From: Octopus bimaculoides
Lineage: Eukaryota
Assembly: GCF_001194135.2 (NCBI RefSeq)
Contig: NC_069004.1
Span: 13,267,166 to 13,330,828 of the forward strand
DNA length: 63,663 bases
Direction of reading: 5' to 3'
This document shows positions 49,473-61,914 of the stretch, in pieces. The notes under the pieces were generated by a model. That model was not told where the DNA came from and ran no database searches. It was given only the letters and a program-made list of their open reading frames with translations. The number at the start of each line of letters is the position of its first letter. Within the stretch, counting starts at the first letter, position 1. The position numbers and the translations under genes were made by a program.

Positions 49473-52073
49473 CTTTAACCTTTCAACACTTGACATAAAA
49501 CAACATTCCCTTCTCAAATACCCCCACTTCCTGCACTTAGTAAGTAGGAGCTTTTTCCTTTTTACCCTGTTCTTTTTCTGTCTTGTAAGTTACTTGGCAA
49601 CCTCACTGGTGCTGGTGCCATGTAAAAAGCATTTAGTACACACTATAAAATAGTTGGTGTTAGGAAGGGTATCCAGCTGTAGAAAGCATGCCCAAGCAGA
49701 TACTGGAACTCTGTGCAGCCCTGCAGCTCACTGGATCCAGTGAAACCTTCCGACCCATGCTAGAGAGAAAACCAAACATTAAATCATGAAGATTAGGCAT
49801 AAGGTCAAAATGTTTTTATTTATCGTGTATGTGGGTGGGTGGTAGTTGAAGGCAGAATTGACCTCAGCTAGATTTGAACTCAAAATGTAAAGAACTAAAT
49901 ACTACAATGCATTTTTTCTGAAGTTTTGAGAGCATTTATATAGTCACATCGCCTTCTAGAAACAGCAGTCAAACCTTCAAATGAAACCTCATTGGGTTAA
50001 AGATGAAGGACACGTCGGGTAATGTGTTCTCTTTCTAAAATAGGTTTAGCTAATGTAACACTAAATAGAAATTTTAAAAAAACAGGCTAGGTACGACTGG
50101 ATTGCTTTTGATCTTAGGTTTGCTTGGTCAAAACTGTTCTGGGGTTAATCAAAAACAATAATGAGTCGACGTGGGAATCCTTATGTGGGACCTCTTAGAA
50201 TTAACAACCAAATCTTAAAGTGTTAAAAAGGAAGATACATTAGTTAACGCAGTACTAGACATACTACAGAAGGACGGGACAGTCACGGTTAGATTGCTTT
50301 TGATAGCACAATACATTAGAGGTATTTTATCGAACCCAGAATAAAGAAAGACACAGATGACCCAAACCAGATTTTAACAGAAAATGCAGGCCTAAAAAGC
50401 ATTAAATCTGGTTGGTAGTTAACTATTTCAGTCACTTTAACAACGACAACGCAACTCCTTATATGGTTGATGTCCAACTCCTCATCAGTCCTGGCTGAGC
50501 AGACTTGTGATCAAAGACATTCCAACAATAACCATCTCGTTTTTTTTCATTTGTGTAAGAAACACAGGACCCATTAACCAAGGTGCCATTTTCTTAGCAT
50601 GTGAGTGGAGGGAAATTTGGCTGCTATTGCTAGCAAGTCGAGCGATCGCGTAAGGCTCCTTCGTTGATTTACCACTTATGTGGTTATCCGATCGGCTAGA
50701 AATAGCAGACAGACATGTCTCCCTCAAACTGTACGCTGCTTTCTTTAAATATGTGGTACACATTGGATGATGTAGTTCTAGATGAACTGTATTTGAAAAT
50801 TTAATGACTGTCTTGAATGGAATGCATTAAATCATGGGCCTGCTCGTTCAGAGCGCATCACCTGGAGTTAAATAACGATTTCTTATCCCATGACCTCAAT
50901 ACTTGTCGACAATCTTGGAAAGTTGTAAGACAAAACAGTTTTCGTCTTCTATTTTAATTCCATTTAGATGTGGGACACTCTCTACGAATACTCAATCTAC
51001 TCCAGTACTTTATTTTATCGACCGCGGAAAGTGAAGTTAACCAACGAGGGTTTGAACTCATATACAGTAGATATTTTCGTCTGGGGGCCTAAAAATCCAC
51101 AGTTGACCTCGGCGGGATTCAAACTTGTAACATAAAATGATAATAATGATTTTTAATTTTAGCATAAAGGCCAAGAAAAGGTGGCAGTGGTGGGAACAGT
51201 CAACTAAATCGACAGCACTACCTACTACTTATTTTATCGGCACAACCATACTTCCAAAAAGAGAAACGATCAAGGCGATCCTAACGAGATTTGAACACGT
51301 AAGGCAAAGTTGATGAAAGGTTTAATTCCGCTAATTTGCCTTCAGGCGACTTCAGCAACAACAATTCTAATATTGACACACGGCTAGGAAGAATAACAGT
51401 CAATGAGATCAACCCTAGTAGTTGGTTAGTACTATAGTTTATCCGACCCCTACTAGATAAATGAAGGGCAAAATTGTCAGCAGCGGGGATTTATAACAGT
51501 GATTAATAAAAGAGGTATTAAAAAGGTATAAATCCACACACTTTGGCAGAAGAATAAAACAAAAACAGATTACATAACCCCACTGTTATTTCTCACAGTA
51601 CTTGACAAGTACTTTATTTTATTGTAAACGGAACTATGAAAAAAAAATTCGAATATTTATATATAAAATATGACCAGGGTACACTATAGTTCAAATGAGG
51701 ACACTATATACTTTATTGTATATACTTTAAGTATATACTTTATTGCAATAGCTAGAGACCCGACGGAGAGTTCATTTTTTTCACAGGTCTAGTTGATATT
51801 TGATAAATATATACATAGAATGTAAAAGGGCTGAAACACATCTCGTCTTAAGAGTTTTACTCTAACAATAACAAGAAACATAATTTCTTAAATAGGCACA
51901 AGCCAAAAATAGGATGAAAGGGAACAGTCAATTATATTGATCCAATATTCGACCGGTATTTAATTTTATTGAACGTAGAAGTACGAATGGCAAAGTTGAC
52001 ACTCAACAAAATTCGAAAATATATAACATAAAGCTGTAGAATATCTATATAAAACTACATATATTTATACATA

Positions 52074-52280
52074 CAGCGTATCCACAAAGTCTTAAGACAA
52101 TCTCAAAAAGTCATTAGGAAAATCTTGGAAGAGGTGGCAACTAAATTTTTGCTGTATACTAATGTTATTATTAAAGTTTTTTTTAATGATATTGATAGTT
52201 TTATTAATATTATGCTATCCAATTTCCGTTGTAATTTTAATTCATTTATCTTTTTGTCTAATGACTTTGTGGATACCCTG
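52074..52280. mobile_element. Tc1/mariner-type MITE
   Basis: TA flanks; 18-bp TIR CAG(C/G)GTATCCACAAAGTC with one mismatch. Confidence 0.88.
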
Positions 52281-52599
52281 TACGTGTGTATACACACACA
52301 AACACACGGTTAAGTTGTTGAATCTGTACGTAAACAGAAACGACATGCTGCATTTGTCCAAATTTATAAATAAATCAGCACTTCACTGAAGTGACTACTA
52401 AGATTAATCAAACTGAGTTAATAACAATTTTACAAGAAGTAAACTTTTATTTTATAGACATAAAACAGCACACATTAGAATATTTGTAGACATTCGAGGA
52501 TTCCACATGTGTAAAGTAAATAATACTGCGAGAAAATGAAGGAACCTGCGATTACTAAGACTAATTAAACTGACTTAATAGTCCATTTTATAAAAGAAA

Positions 52600-53240
52600 A
52601 TACAATACTGTACTTGAGGATATTTTTTGAGATATTAGGGAATTCCAGCATGTTTTATTGCACGAGGTCCCTTCCGTTTTGTATTGGAGGTCGTTAAAAC
52701 ATAGATTACAAATTTCAGTTGGTGCTTTACGATGTCTGCCGCAACAAGAGGAATAATGATAATTAAAGGGCATTTGTTATTATTAATAATAAATATCTAC
52801 AAACCTTTGCAGCGTTTTTAAGTTAAGGCATCTTCAACATAACGAACAATCGCCCTCACTGAGCTGGGCATGGAATTTTGCGTGTAATTTCATCATGTAT
52901 CAATCAACCACGTCAGAAGACGAATGAAAGGATGCAACGGTTCGAACTGCAGATGATGTTGTTGTTACAGCTGCTGATATTACTACTACTACTACTACTA
53001 CTACTACTGTTGCTGCAGCAGCTGTTGTTGTTGTTGATGCTGCTGGTTCACGTGTTTGTTTGGTCGCTGCAGTTGCAATCGAAGACACTAGGGGTGTAGC
53101 GAGAAATAGTCGAACGTCTTTCCATTCATTCATTCATTCAATTAAAAGAGACGTTTCATGGCTGCTGCTGCCGCCCCTGTTGTTGCTTTTGTTTTCTTTC
53201 GGGATGTTCATAGCAGAGTGGAAGGAGCATGTAAGTTTGA
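52600..53240. promoter_or_regulatory. Candidate promoter / first-exon region
   Basis: Transposon-poor and relatively CpG-retaining, with CTA/CAG/TTG triplet runs, CCACGTCA at 52908-15 and a plus-strand GTAAGT at 53231. No transcript evidence. Confidence 0.35.
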
Positions 53241-54220
53241 CTATATCATTGAACGTCCACTTAACCGAGAAAGACGTCTTGGCTATAGCCTAGAACGTCT
53301 GCTTAATTAAGGAAGAGTACTTTCTTACACTTATAAATCTTAATAGACGGACTCATGGGCCACTGGCGATGAAAGCTATACAACTAAAAAGCAAGTAAAA
53401 TATATGCTTCATCGTCAAATACTGTTGGTTATTTGAAATGAACTTAACTTAAGCGAATTTAGTATTTCCTTGAAGTCGCGAACATCCATTCAAATGACAA
53501 GTAGAAGCAAGTTCTGTCAGAATATCAGCACACACAGACATACACACACTTTCAAGCGCAAACACAGACGCGCGCATACATAACTAGCCATACACATACG
53601 CACAAAGCCATAAACACACTCATACACATCCACACAAAGCCATGAACACGCACAGACATAAACATACAAAGAGAAACAAGAACACACACACCCATATGGT
53701 ATCCATATAACAATAGAAAGGGTGTTTTTTTTCTCCAAAGCGAGGCTCCATTACGGGGCAATACAAAATAATAATGTCACACATGGCTAAATCTTGTGGC
53801 AGACGTATTACTGTAAATAGATAGCAAATGTGACCGAGATCCAGGCCGACGATGGTTTCGGTGGCCATAACTTCCAAGTCACTGTCAATAATATTCTTGT
53901 TTAAGAATAATAAATTTGTACTCTCTTCAGAATAATGTAAAATTGCTATTATAATTGAACATAACACGTTTACATATATGGGTGTGAATGTTTACACAGA
54001 CACACAAATACACACACACACATATATATATGTATATAGTATAGCACTAGTGTAGCAATAATTGGGTACCCTCCCAGCAGTATACTGGATAGATACTATC
54101 CCTTAGTGGGTTGAACCCCCAACCCCTAACTCTCTCACGTTATATATATATATGTATATGTATGTATATATGTCTATGTATGTATGTATATATGTGTATG
54201 TATATGTATGTGTATATAGG

Positions 54221-54251
<31 letters not shown>

Positions 54252-54316
54252 ATATACATGCATATATATATATATGTATGTATATATATATATATATATG
54301 TATAAACATATATGTA

Positions 54317-54443
54317 CTGTTGTGTCTGGGGAGAGTCATTCTCTATTACTGCCTTATAGTTTGACACCCACCAGTAAAATTTCCACTTATTTCTTTATTT
54401 TCTATTTTTCTAAAATTTTCGTTGCACCTTGCAACCTTTTCAA

Positions 54444-54477
<34 letters not shown>

Positions 54478-55203
54478 AGCTTTTTAATCCCATCAATGTA
54501 AAACTCTTTTGGTTTCAAAGTGAAAAACTCTGAAATGTCAGTTCCAACCTCTTCCTGGCTTGCAAAAGTTATGTCCCCCAAACGATTCTGTGAACTATGA
54601 AACAAATGGTAGTCTGAAAGAGCAAGGTTGGGAGAATAAGGTGGATGAGGAATTTTTCCCCAACCAAGCTCTTTGATCTTCTGTGATGTGATCTTTGCAG
54701 TGTGGGGTCGCGTGTTGTCCTGATGAAACATCACATCTTTTTGATTTACTCAAACGGATCTTTTTTTCTTCAAAACTTAGTTCAAATGCTCCAATTGCTG
54801 ACAGTAGACTTGAGCATTGATTATTGCATTAGGTGGTAATAATTCAAAGTGAATTACTCCTTTGCAATCCTACCAGATAGAGAGAAGAACCTTTTTCCCA
54901 TGAAATTCCATTCTCGGTTGTGGTTGAGCTTTTTCCCTTTTACCAAGCCACTGTTTACGACGTTTAACATTTTGATTGAAGATCCATTTTTCATCACCAG
55001 TCACAAGTCTATCCAAAAAGGGTGAAATGAGTTCACGAGAATGGAGAGAAGAGCAGTTGTCAACCCTGGATTTGCAGTTGCTTTCGGACAATTCATGAGG
55101 CACCCATTTTCCAAGTTTAGGAACCTTTCGAAGTTGTTGAAGATGACAATGAACAGTTGTATGGTTTGGACTAAGCTTTATTGCCAATTAAAATTTTTTT
55201 TTT
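54317..55203 (-). mobile_element. Decayed mariner (DD34D-type) transposon, 5' part lost in gap
   Basis: KWVPHELSE, DRLVTGDEKWI, FHQDNTRPH and HPPYSPNLALSDYHLF; (TA)n expansion inside the C-terminal coding part. Confidence 0.92.
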
Positions 55204-55827
55204 NNNNNNNNNNNNNNNNNNNNNNNNNNNNNNNNNNNNNNNNNNNNNNNNNNNNNNNNNNNNNNNNNNNNNNNNNNNNNNNNNNNNNNNNNNNNNNNNN
55301 NNNNNNNNNNNNNNNNNNNNNNNNNNNNNNNNNNNNNNNNNNNNNNNNNNNNNNNNNNNNNNNNNNNNNNNNNNNNNNNNNNNNNNNNNNNNNNNNNNNN
55401 NNNNNNNNNNNNNNNNNNNNNNNNNNNNNNNNNNNNNNNNNNNNNNNNNNNNNNNNNNNNNNNNNNNNNNNNNNNNNNNNNNNNNNNNNNNNNNNNNNNN
55501 NNNNNNNNNNNNNNNNNNNNNNNNNNNNNNNNNNNNNNNNNNNNNNNNNNNNNNNNNNNNNNNNNNNNNNNNNNNNNNNNNNNNNNNNNNNNNNNNNNNN
55601 NNNNNNNNNNNNNNNNNNNNNNNNNNNNNNNNNNNNNNNNNNNNNNNNNNNNNNNNNNNNNNNNNNNNNNNNNNNNNNNNNNNNNNNNNNNNNNNNNNNN
55701 NNNNNNNNNNNNNNNNNNNNNNNNNNNNNNNNNNNNNNNNNNNNNNNNNNNNNNNNNNNNNNNNNNNNNNNNNNNNNNNNNNNNNNNNNNNNNNNNNNNN
55801 NNNNNNNNNNNNNNNNNNNNNNNNNNN

Positions 55828-55873
<46 letters not shown>

Positions 55874-56599
55874 CAAATAAGAAAATGGAGAGGATATAAA
55901 ATCGACAGACATCAGTCAGTAAACATTCAAATATGTCTATTTATTCAGTTGTAAAGGATGAATACACTCTCATGTATGAGTTATACAGATTAGCGAGTGG
56001 AAAAAGCTGGTAACTGCATAGACAAGGGTGTGAATACATATAAGTTGTTTTCTCAACCTCTAACTCACACTGGAATATATATATATATATGTATGCATAG
56101 AATGTAGTTGTGTAAGGCCGGAACAATGCAAGTAAATTGTAAACTACAAAAGGAAAAGAAAACAGAACAAAGTTGAAATACAATGAATCAATCCCAGAAC
56201 TTTTTTTGAAAGCCTGATACTTATTTTATTTCTCTCTGTTGCTGAACCACTACATTATGGGGAGGTAAACACACCAATACTTGTTGTCAAGAAGTGGTGG
56301 GGGACAAACACACACACAAAGGTACACACATACACACACACACGCACACACAATGGACTGACCAATAGCAGCTCATTTACTTAATCTAAACATTGACCTA
56401 TTTATGTTTGCAGCGATAACACTATTATTTACAGCACTCTTAACACTTACATTACACTTACCCCCAATAGGGGCCACAATTTTAACATGTTTGAATGATG
56501 GTAAGTTAAAGTGAAAACAACTGATGTGACATGTTTGTTATCAGACGATCATTGAAACCTCCTTTTCAGGTGCTGAATACCATCTCTCCTTCCCATGTT

Positions 56600-58095
56600 C
56601 TTTACACAGTTTTCAGAGTTGGTACTGTAAATGTAGGCACATTGAAAGGTAGGTCTAGCGAGATTGTGGAGATGCTTAAACAAAGGCGTGTTGATGTATG
56701 TTGCATCCAAGAGGTAAGATGGAGAGGTACCTCAGCCAGGTTCCTCAGGAAAGACAGGGTAGGTGGTGTGGGCATACCTCTTGCAGAGAAATGAGTGGAT
56801 AAGGTGATAGAGGTAGCCAGAGTGTGTGACAGAGTACTTAAGCTCAGGCTATTCTTGCAGAATAATATAGTGACAATTATATCCCACAAGCAGGCCTACA
56901 AAATGAACAGAAGGACCACTTTTATGATATTCTTTTGCATGCCACCTCAAAGATGAGTGACAATGATCTCATCTTCATGGCTGGGGATTTCAATGGGCAT
57001 GTCAGATGGCAGCTTGGTATCTTCCATGGTGTACATGGGGTCCATGGAGTTGGTTCCCAAAACGAAGAAAGAACAAGGCTACTGGAGTTCTGTGATGCAA
57101 ATAACTTATTGATCTGCAACACCAATTTCAGGAAGCCAACCAGCCACCTGATAACCTTTCAATCAGGTGACTGTGCTAGCCAGATCCATTACATTCTCAC
57201 CAGACAGCAGGATGCATAGTTACTCTTAAATACTAAGACCTTCCCTGGTGAAGAATGTACCACCCAGCATAGATTAGTCCAGCCCAGAAGGATTCCACAG
57301 ACCAAATCCGCAGCTGGTGCAAAGTCCCATCCAGACCTAGGGTGATGTGGTGGTGGAATGATGCTGTAGACAGGGCAACTAGAGCAAAGAAATAGGCCTG
57401 GAAGGCCTTGAAGAGTGGGAGTAGCAGAGAATTGTATCAGATAGTTAGAAGGGAAGCTAGGAGACAGGTATATCTAGCCAGGGGAGAAGCAGAAAAGAAG
57501 AAGTTTGCCTATGTTCAGTGACATGAGGATCAAAGACTTGAAGTATTTCAGATTGCTAGACAGTGTTTGAAAGAAAATTGTGATGTCATAAAAGAGAAAT
57601 GTGTCTACATGGATGATGGTACACTTGCTATTATGAAAGACTGCTGAACATGGAGAACAAATGGGAGAAGGAGAGTGCCAAATGTTGACCCAGTTGAGAG
57701 ACCAGCTATCTGGATTGACAGTATCTTGGTAGATAAAGCAATTAAGAATATGAAGACAGGGAAAGCACCAGGCCCATCAGGAATCACTGCTGCTGAGATG
57801 CTTAAAATATCTGGTGGCGTGGATTATGGTCTAGTCACCCATATTGTAAATCAGGTGATTCATGAAGGAGTCATACTCAATGACTGGTGTAGTAGCACCA
57901 TAATCAACTGCTACAAAGGTAAAGGTGATGCCTTAAATAGAAATAATTACAGAGGTATCAAACTGTTGGATCAAATCCGGGTGAAAGTTGTGGAGAGGGT
58001 CATAGCCCAACTAATTAGGGTGAGAGTTAGCCTAGATGAGATTCAGTTTGGTTTTATGCTAGGGAGAAGCACCATTGATATTAATTTCTGGTAAG
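56600..58095 (+). mobile_element. Decayed RTE-clade LINE (AP endonuclease plus N-terminal RT)
   Basis: VGTVNVGTLKG..CCIQEVRWRG, MAGDFNGHV, KAPGPSG, KGKGDALNRNNYRGIKLL and QFGFMLGRST; ends before the YADD motif. Confidence 0.9.
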
Positions 58096-58104
58096 GCAGT
58101 TACA

Positions 58105-58560
58105 GGAAAATATCACCAAAACCCCCAGATCATCACACTTCCCTCACCATGCTTTACAGTTGCAACTATACACTCAGGAGTCATCAGTTCACCAATTCTT
58201 TGCCTCACATAAACTCTACACTGGGATTTGAAGATTTCAAACTTTGGTTCATCAGTCCCAGAGTACTTGTTTCCATTGATCAACGGTCCAGGTTTGGTGT
58301 TTTCTGGCCCATATGAGTCACTTATGTTTATTCACAGGTTGAAGCAGTGGTTTTCTGGTAGCGCAATTTAGACAGGCAGCAATGAATCCCCTCCTCATGG
58401 TTGTCAGAGACACATTAACTTCGCCGGCTTCACTTAGTTGTGCAGCGATTTCATTTGCTGTCTGGCATCTGTTTTGAAGACTGGTGACTGATGAACTTAT
58501 CCTGTGATTTAGAAGTTACTTTTGGATGATTTGACCAAGCTCTGTCATTATTTTTTCCCA
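58105..58560 (-). mobile_element. Tc1-type transposase fragment
   Basis: Reverse complement contains TDEPKFEIF (first catalytic D motif) and a VKHGEGSV-like downstream block. Confidence 0.6.
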
Positions 58561-58575
58561 TTCCATTATACCTTA

Positions 58576-59801
58576 CAATGGTTGAGTGGATGGCAGTGTA
58601 GGGAATTATAACTTTTTACATCATTAATTTGACACAACTTGTCCAATCATAGTTGAATTGTTTATTCTTTATTTTCATATATAACATAAAAACATTAATT
58701 GTTAATTATTTGATAATGAACGGTGAAAAAATTGCAACAAGAGCCATTTTATGATACCTGTGGAAAAAAAGACTATTTGCAAGGGCAGCAACAAAAGAAA
58801 TTAATGATGTGGAAGTCTCAGGTGCTGTCAATGAATGTGTGATACAAAACTGGTTTAGATGTTTCAAGGAAGGTGACACCAGCCTTGAAGATAAACCAAG
58901 ATCAGTGGGACCTTCTGTTGTTGAAGATGAGGCCCTGCTTGAAATGGTTGAAGAACAGCCAAGTACAAGCACTTGTACATTGTTGGCAGAACTTGGTTCT
59001 TCACAAAGCACCATCAGCTGACACCTCCACAAGCTCAGCCTAATAAACAGATGCTGTTGAAAAGCTTCTCATGAACTGACCAATGACCAGGCTGAACAAC
59101 ATGTGAACATTTGCAAGCAACAGCTGGCAAATCCTCAAGAAGCCTGTTTCTTTGGCACCAAATTGCAACTGAGGAGGAAAATTGATCTATTTTCCTCATC
59201 CTAATAAGTGAAATGAGTGGCTTTGTTCCAGCCAAGCTTCAGGACCTGTTGTCAAATAAAGGTGGGTTGAACAGAAGGTCGTGTAATTTTGGTGAAATTT
59301 CAAGGGAGAGTTGTATTTTGAGCTTGTCTTAGATGGTCATGCTGTGAATGCTAACCTTTATTCTTAACAACTGCAGCAAGTATATTATGCTTTGAAAGGC
59401 CACTATCCAGCATGTGTCAATTGAAGATGCACTCTCCTACAACATGACAATGCCCCAGCATACATAGCCAATATAACCAAGTGCAAACTTGAGGAAGTTG
59501 AGGGGCTGGAAGTGGTGTTTCACCCTGTCTACAGTGAAGACTTTACACCATCAAATTACCACCTTGGTTCATTTCCTGCACAGATGAAAGTTCAACAATG
59601 TGGATGAGATTGAAAATGGGTGTAGGGAGAGTTTTGCTTTGAAACCAGTCAAATGGAACCACTGTGAAACTGAACTTCTGGCACAACAATGGCAACCAAC
59701 AAAAGAACATGATTGGATATATTTTGATGAATAAATGCTTTCCGTTTGTTTGAACTATTAAATAAAGCTTGAAATACAAAAACATTCTTGACTCAACCTG
59801 G
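58576..59801 (+). mobile_element. Near full-length decayed mariner
   Basis: TA flanks (58574-75, 59802-03); termini CAATGGTTGAGT / ACTCAACCTGG; NWFRCFKEGDTSLEDKPRS and LQHDNAPAY, with stops and frameshifts. Confidence 0.88.
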
Positions 59802-60479
59802 TAAACTAAATAATAAATAGTTTTCTAACTCTGTTCTTTGATGTCTTTTGATTATATATATTTTATTATATTATATTACATATATTATATAATTGTATAC
59901 ATATAAGACAATTACAATGAATATGGAGATTGATTTACTTATTTGTTATTTCGACAGTCAATCATACGGCATATTTGATTTAAATGTGTCTGACATATAT
60001 TTCTGCTGCATAGCTACCTCGCAACTGCATTTGCATTTGCATCCAGTTACTTTCAACTGGTTATTAGACTATACAACTTTCTTCAAGGTTCATCCACAGA
60101 CATGATGTGAAATGAACTAAGCATATGAAGGTTTAGCTAACATTGTATTTGGATGAATTATTTTAGTTTTTGAGTACAAAGAATATAAAAGGAAGATTTG
60201 GAAACCTGATACAGCTATAAAAACTGTTATGAAGCTGATCATATCCTGACTCTAGATTTGTATTTCAAATTGGAAATACTAGACCTTTAATTAGGTCAAA
60301 GCATATTTTTTAAAAACACCAGATATTTTGTAGAGTAACCTTATGATTAAGTACAGATCCAAGATAAGTAAATTCAAAATCTTCAATAATCCTAAGTTCA
60401 AGTTTATTAATGATTTAGTCAATGGCAATATTAATGAACATCTAAATAGGTAATAAACAACTCAAGGTGTGTGTGGAAG

Positions 60480-60730
60480 TTTATCTTGTGGAAGTTTATT
60501 GTTTAAACATGTCATGCAAAGACACGGATTTTGTGTTTTTTTTGCACTTAGCTTCCTTTGAAAGCAATCAAAGTAGTTTGTAATCATTCCCTGCTGCAGC
60601 TTGAACATCTGCACATAGCTACTGATCTTCAATGTAGAGCACGATGTCGTGCAGTTTGTTGAAACTGTGATATCTGATCTCTGTGCTTCATTCAAATGCT
60701 TCCCCTTTCCTTTACTCGACATCATGGAGA
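60480..60730 (-). mobile_element. Possible pogo/Tigger-like transposase N-terminal remnant
   Basis: MSSKGKGKHLNEAQRSDI resembles a CENP-B-type HTH start; the rest is decayed. Confidence 0.35.
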
Positions 60731-61914
60731 AAACTGACAGGAAAACTAACAAATATGATCTAAAACCATGTGATGCATGAGTCTTGCTGTGATTGGTTGC
60801 ATACATGCATTTGCATAACTGATTTGCCACTGCTGTAGCTATGTATGCACCTCTGGCTAAGTACACACAAGTGGTTAGGTTCAAGTTGCTTATTTAAGAG
60901 GGAGATTGCTGTACAACTATATATAATGAATAGATAAGGATAAAGCACCCAGGTAAGAAACACACAAGCACTCATTTATAATCCAGGTTATAGCTAACTG
61001 CATTGAGTTGTAAGGAGCATCTAGGATTACTTAAGGTAAGTAATCCCAATGTAATTTATTCAATGGGTAAATCCAGGGTTTGCTTTACTGGATTATAAAT
61101 ATCTCACTGAGTGTATATCCAAGGCAATTGACAATTACAATGAATATGAAGATTAGTATTATATCTGCATATTTTTTTTTTAATTTCTAAAGTCAATTAT
61201 ACAACACTTGGTTATATTGGCAATGTATGCTGGGGCATTGTCATGTTGTAGGAGAGTGCATCTTCAATTGACACATGCTGGATAGTGGCCTTTCAAAGCA
61301 TCATATACTTGCTGCAGTTGTTAAGAATAAATGTTTCTGCTGCATAGCCATCATGAAATTGCACTTGCATCCAGTTACTCATTTCCTGTATGGACAGAGG
61401 TTCGACAATGTGGATGAGGTTGAAAATGGGGGCAAGTTTTTTTTTTTTTGTTTCTAAACCAGCTAAATGGACTCAGAATGGAATTGAGCTTCTAGTACAA
61501 GACGGGCAGTGATAATAGAATATGAAAAGCACTCAAAGATGATGATGATGATGATGGTGGTGGTGATGGTGGTGGTGGTGATGAGGACGATAATGATGGT
61601 GGTGTGTTTGGGTATATGTATGCATGTTAGTGTGTGTGTGTGTGGTGGGGGGGCGGGTATATACCACATTGATTACTCTGCTCGGGATATACNNNNNNNN
61701 NNGGTGGTGGTGATGATGGTGGTGGTGATGATGATGATGGTGGTGGTGGTGGTGGTGATGGTGGTGGTGATGATGATGATGATGATGGTGGTGGTGATGG
61801 TGGTGGTGGTGATGAGGACGATAATGATGGTGGTGTGTTTGGGTATATGTATGCATGTTAGTGTGTGTGTGTGTGGTGGGGGGGCGGGTATATACCACAT
61901 TGATTACTCTGCTC

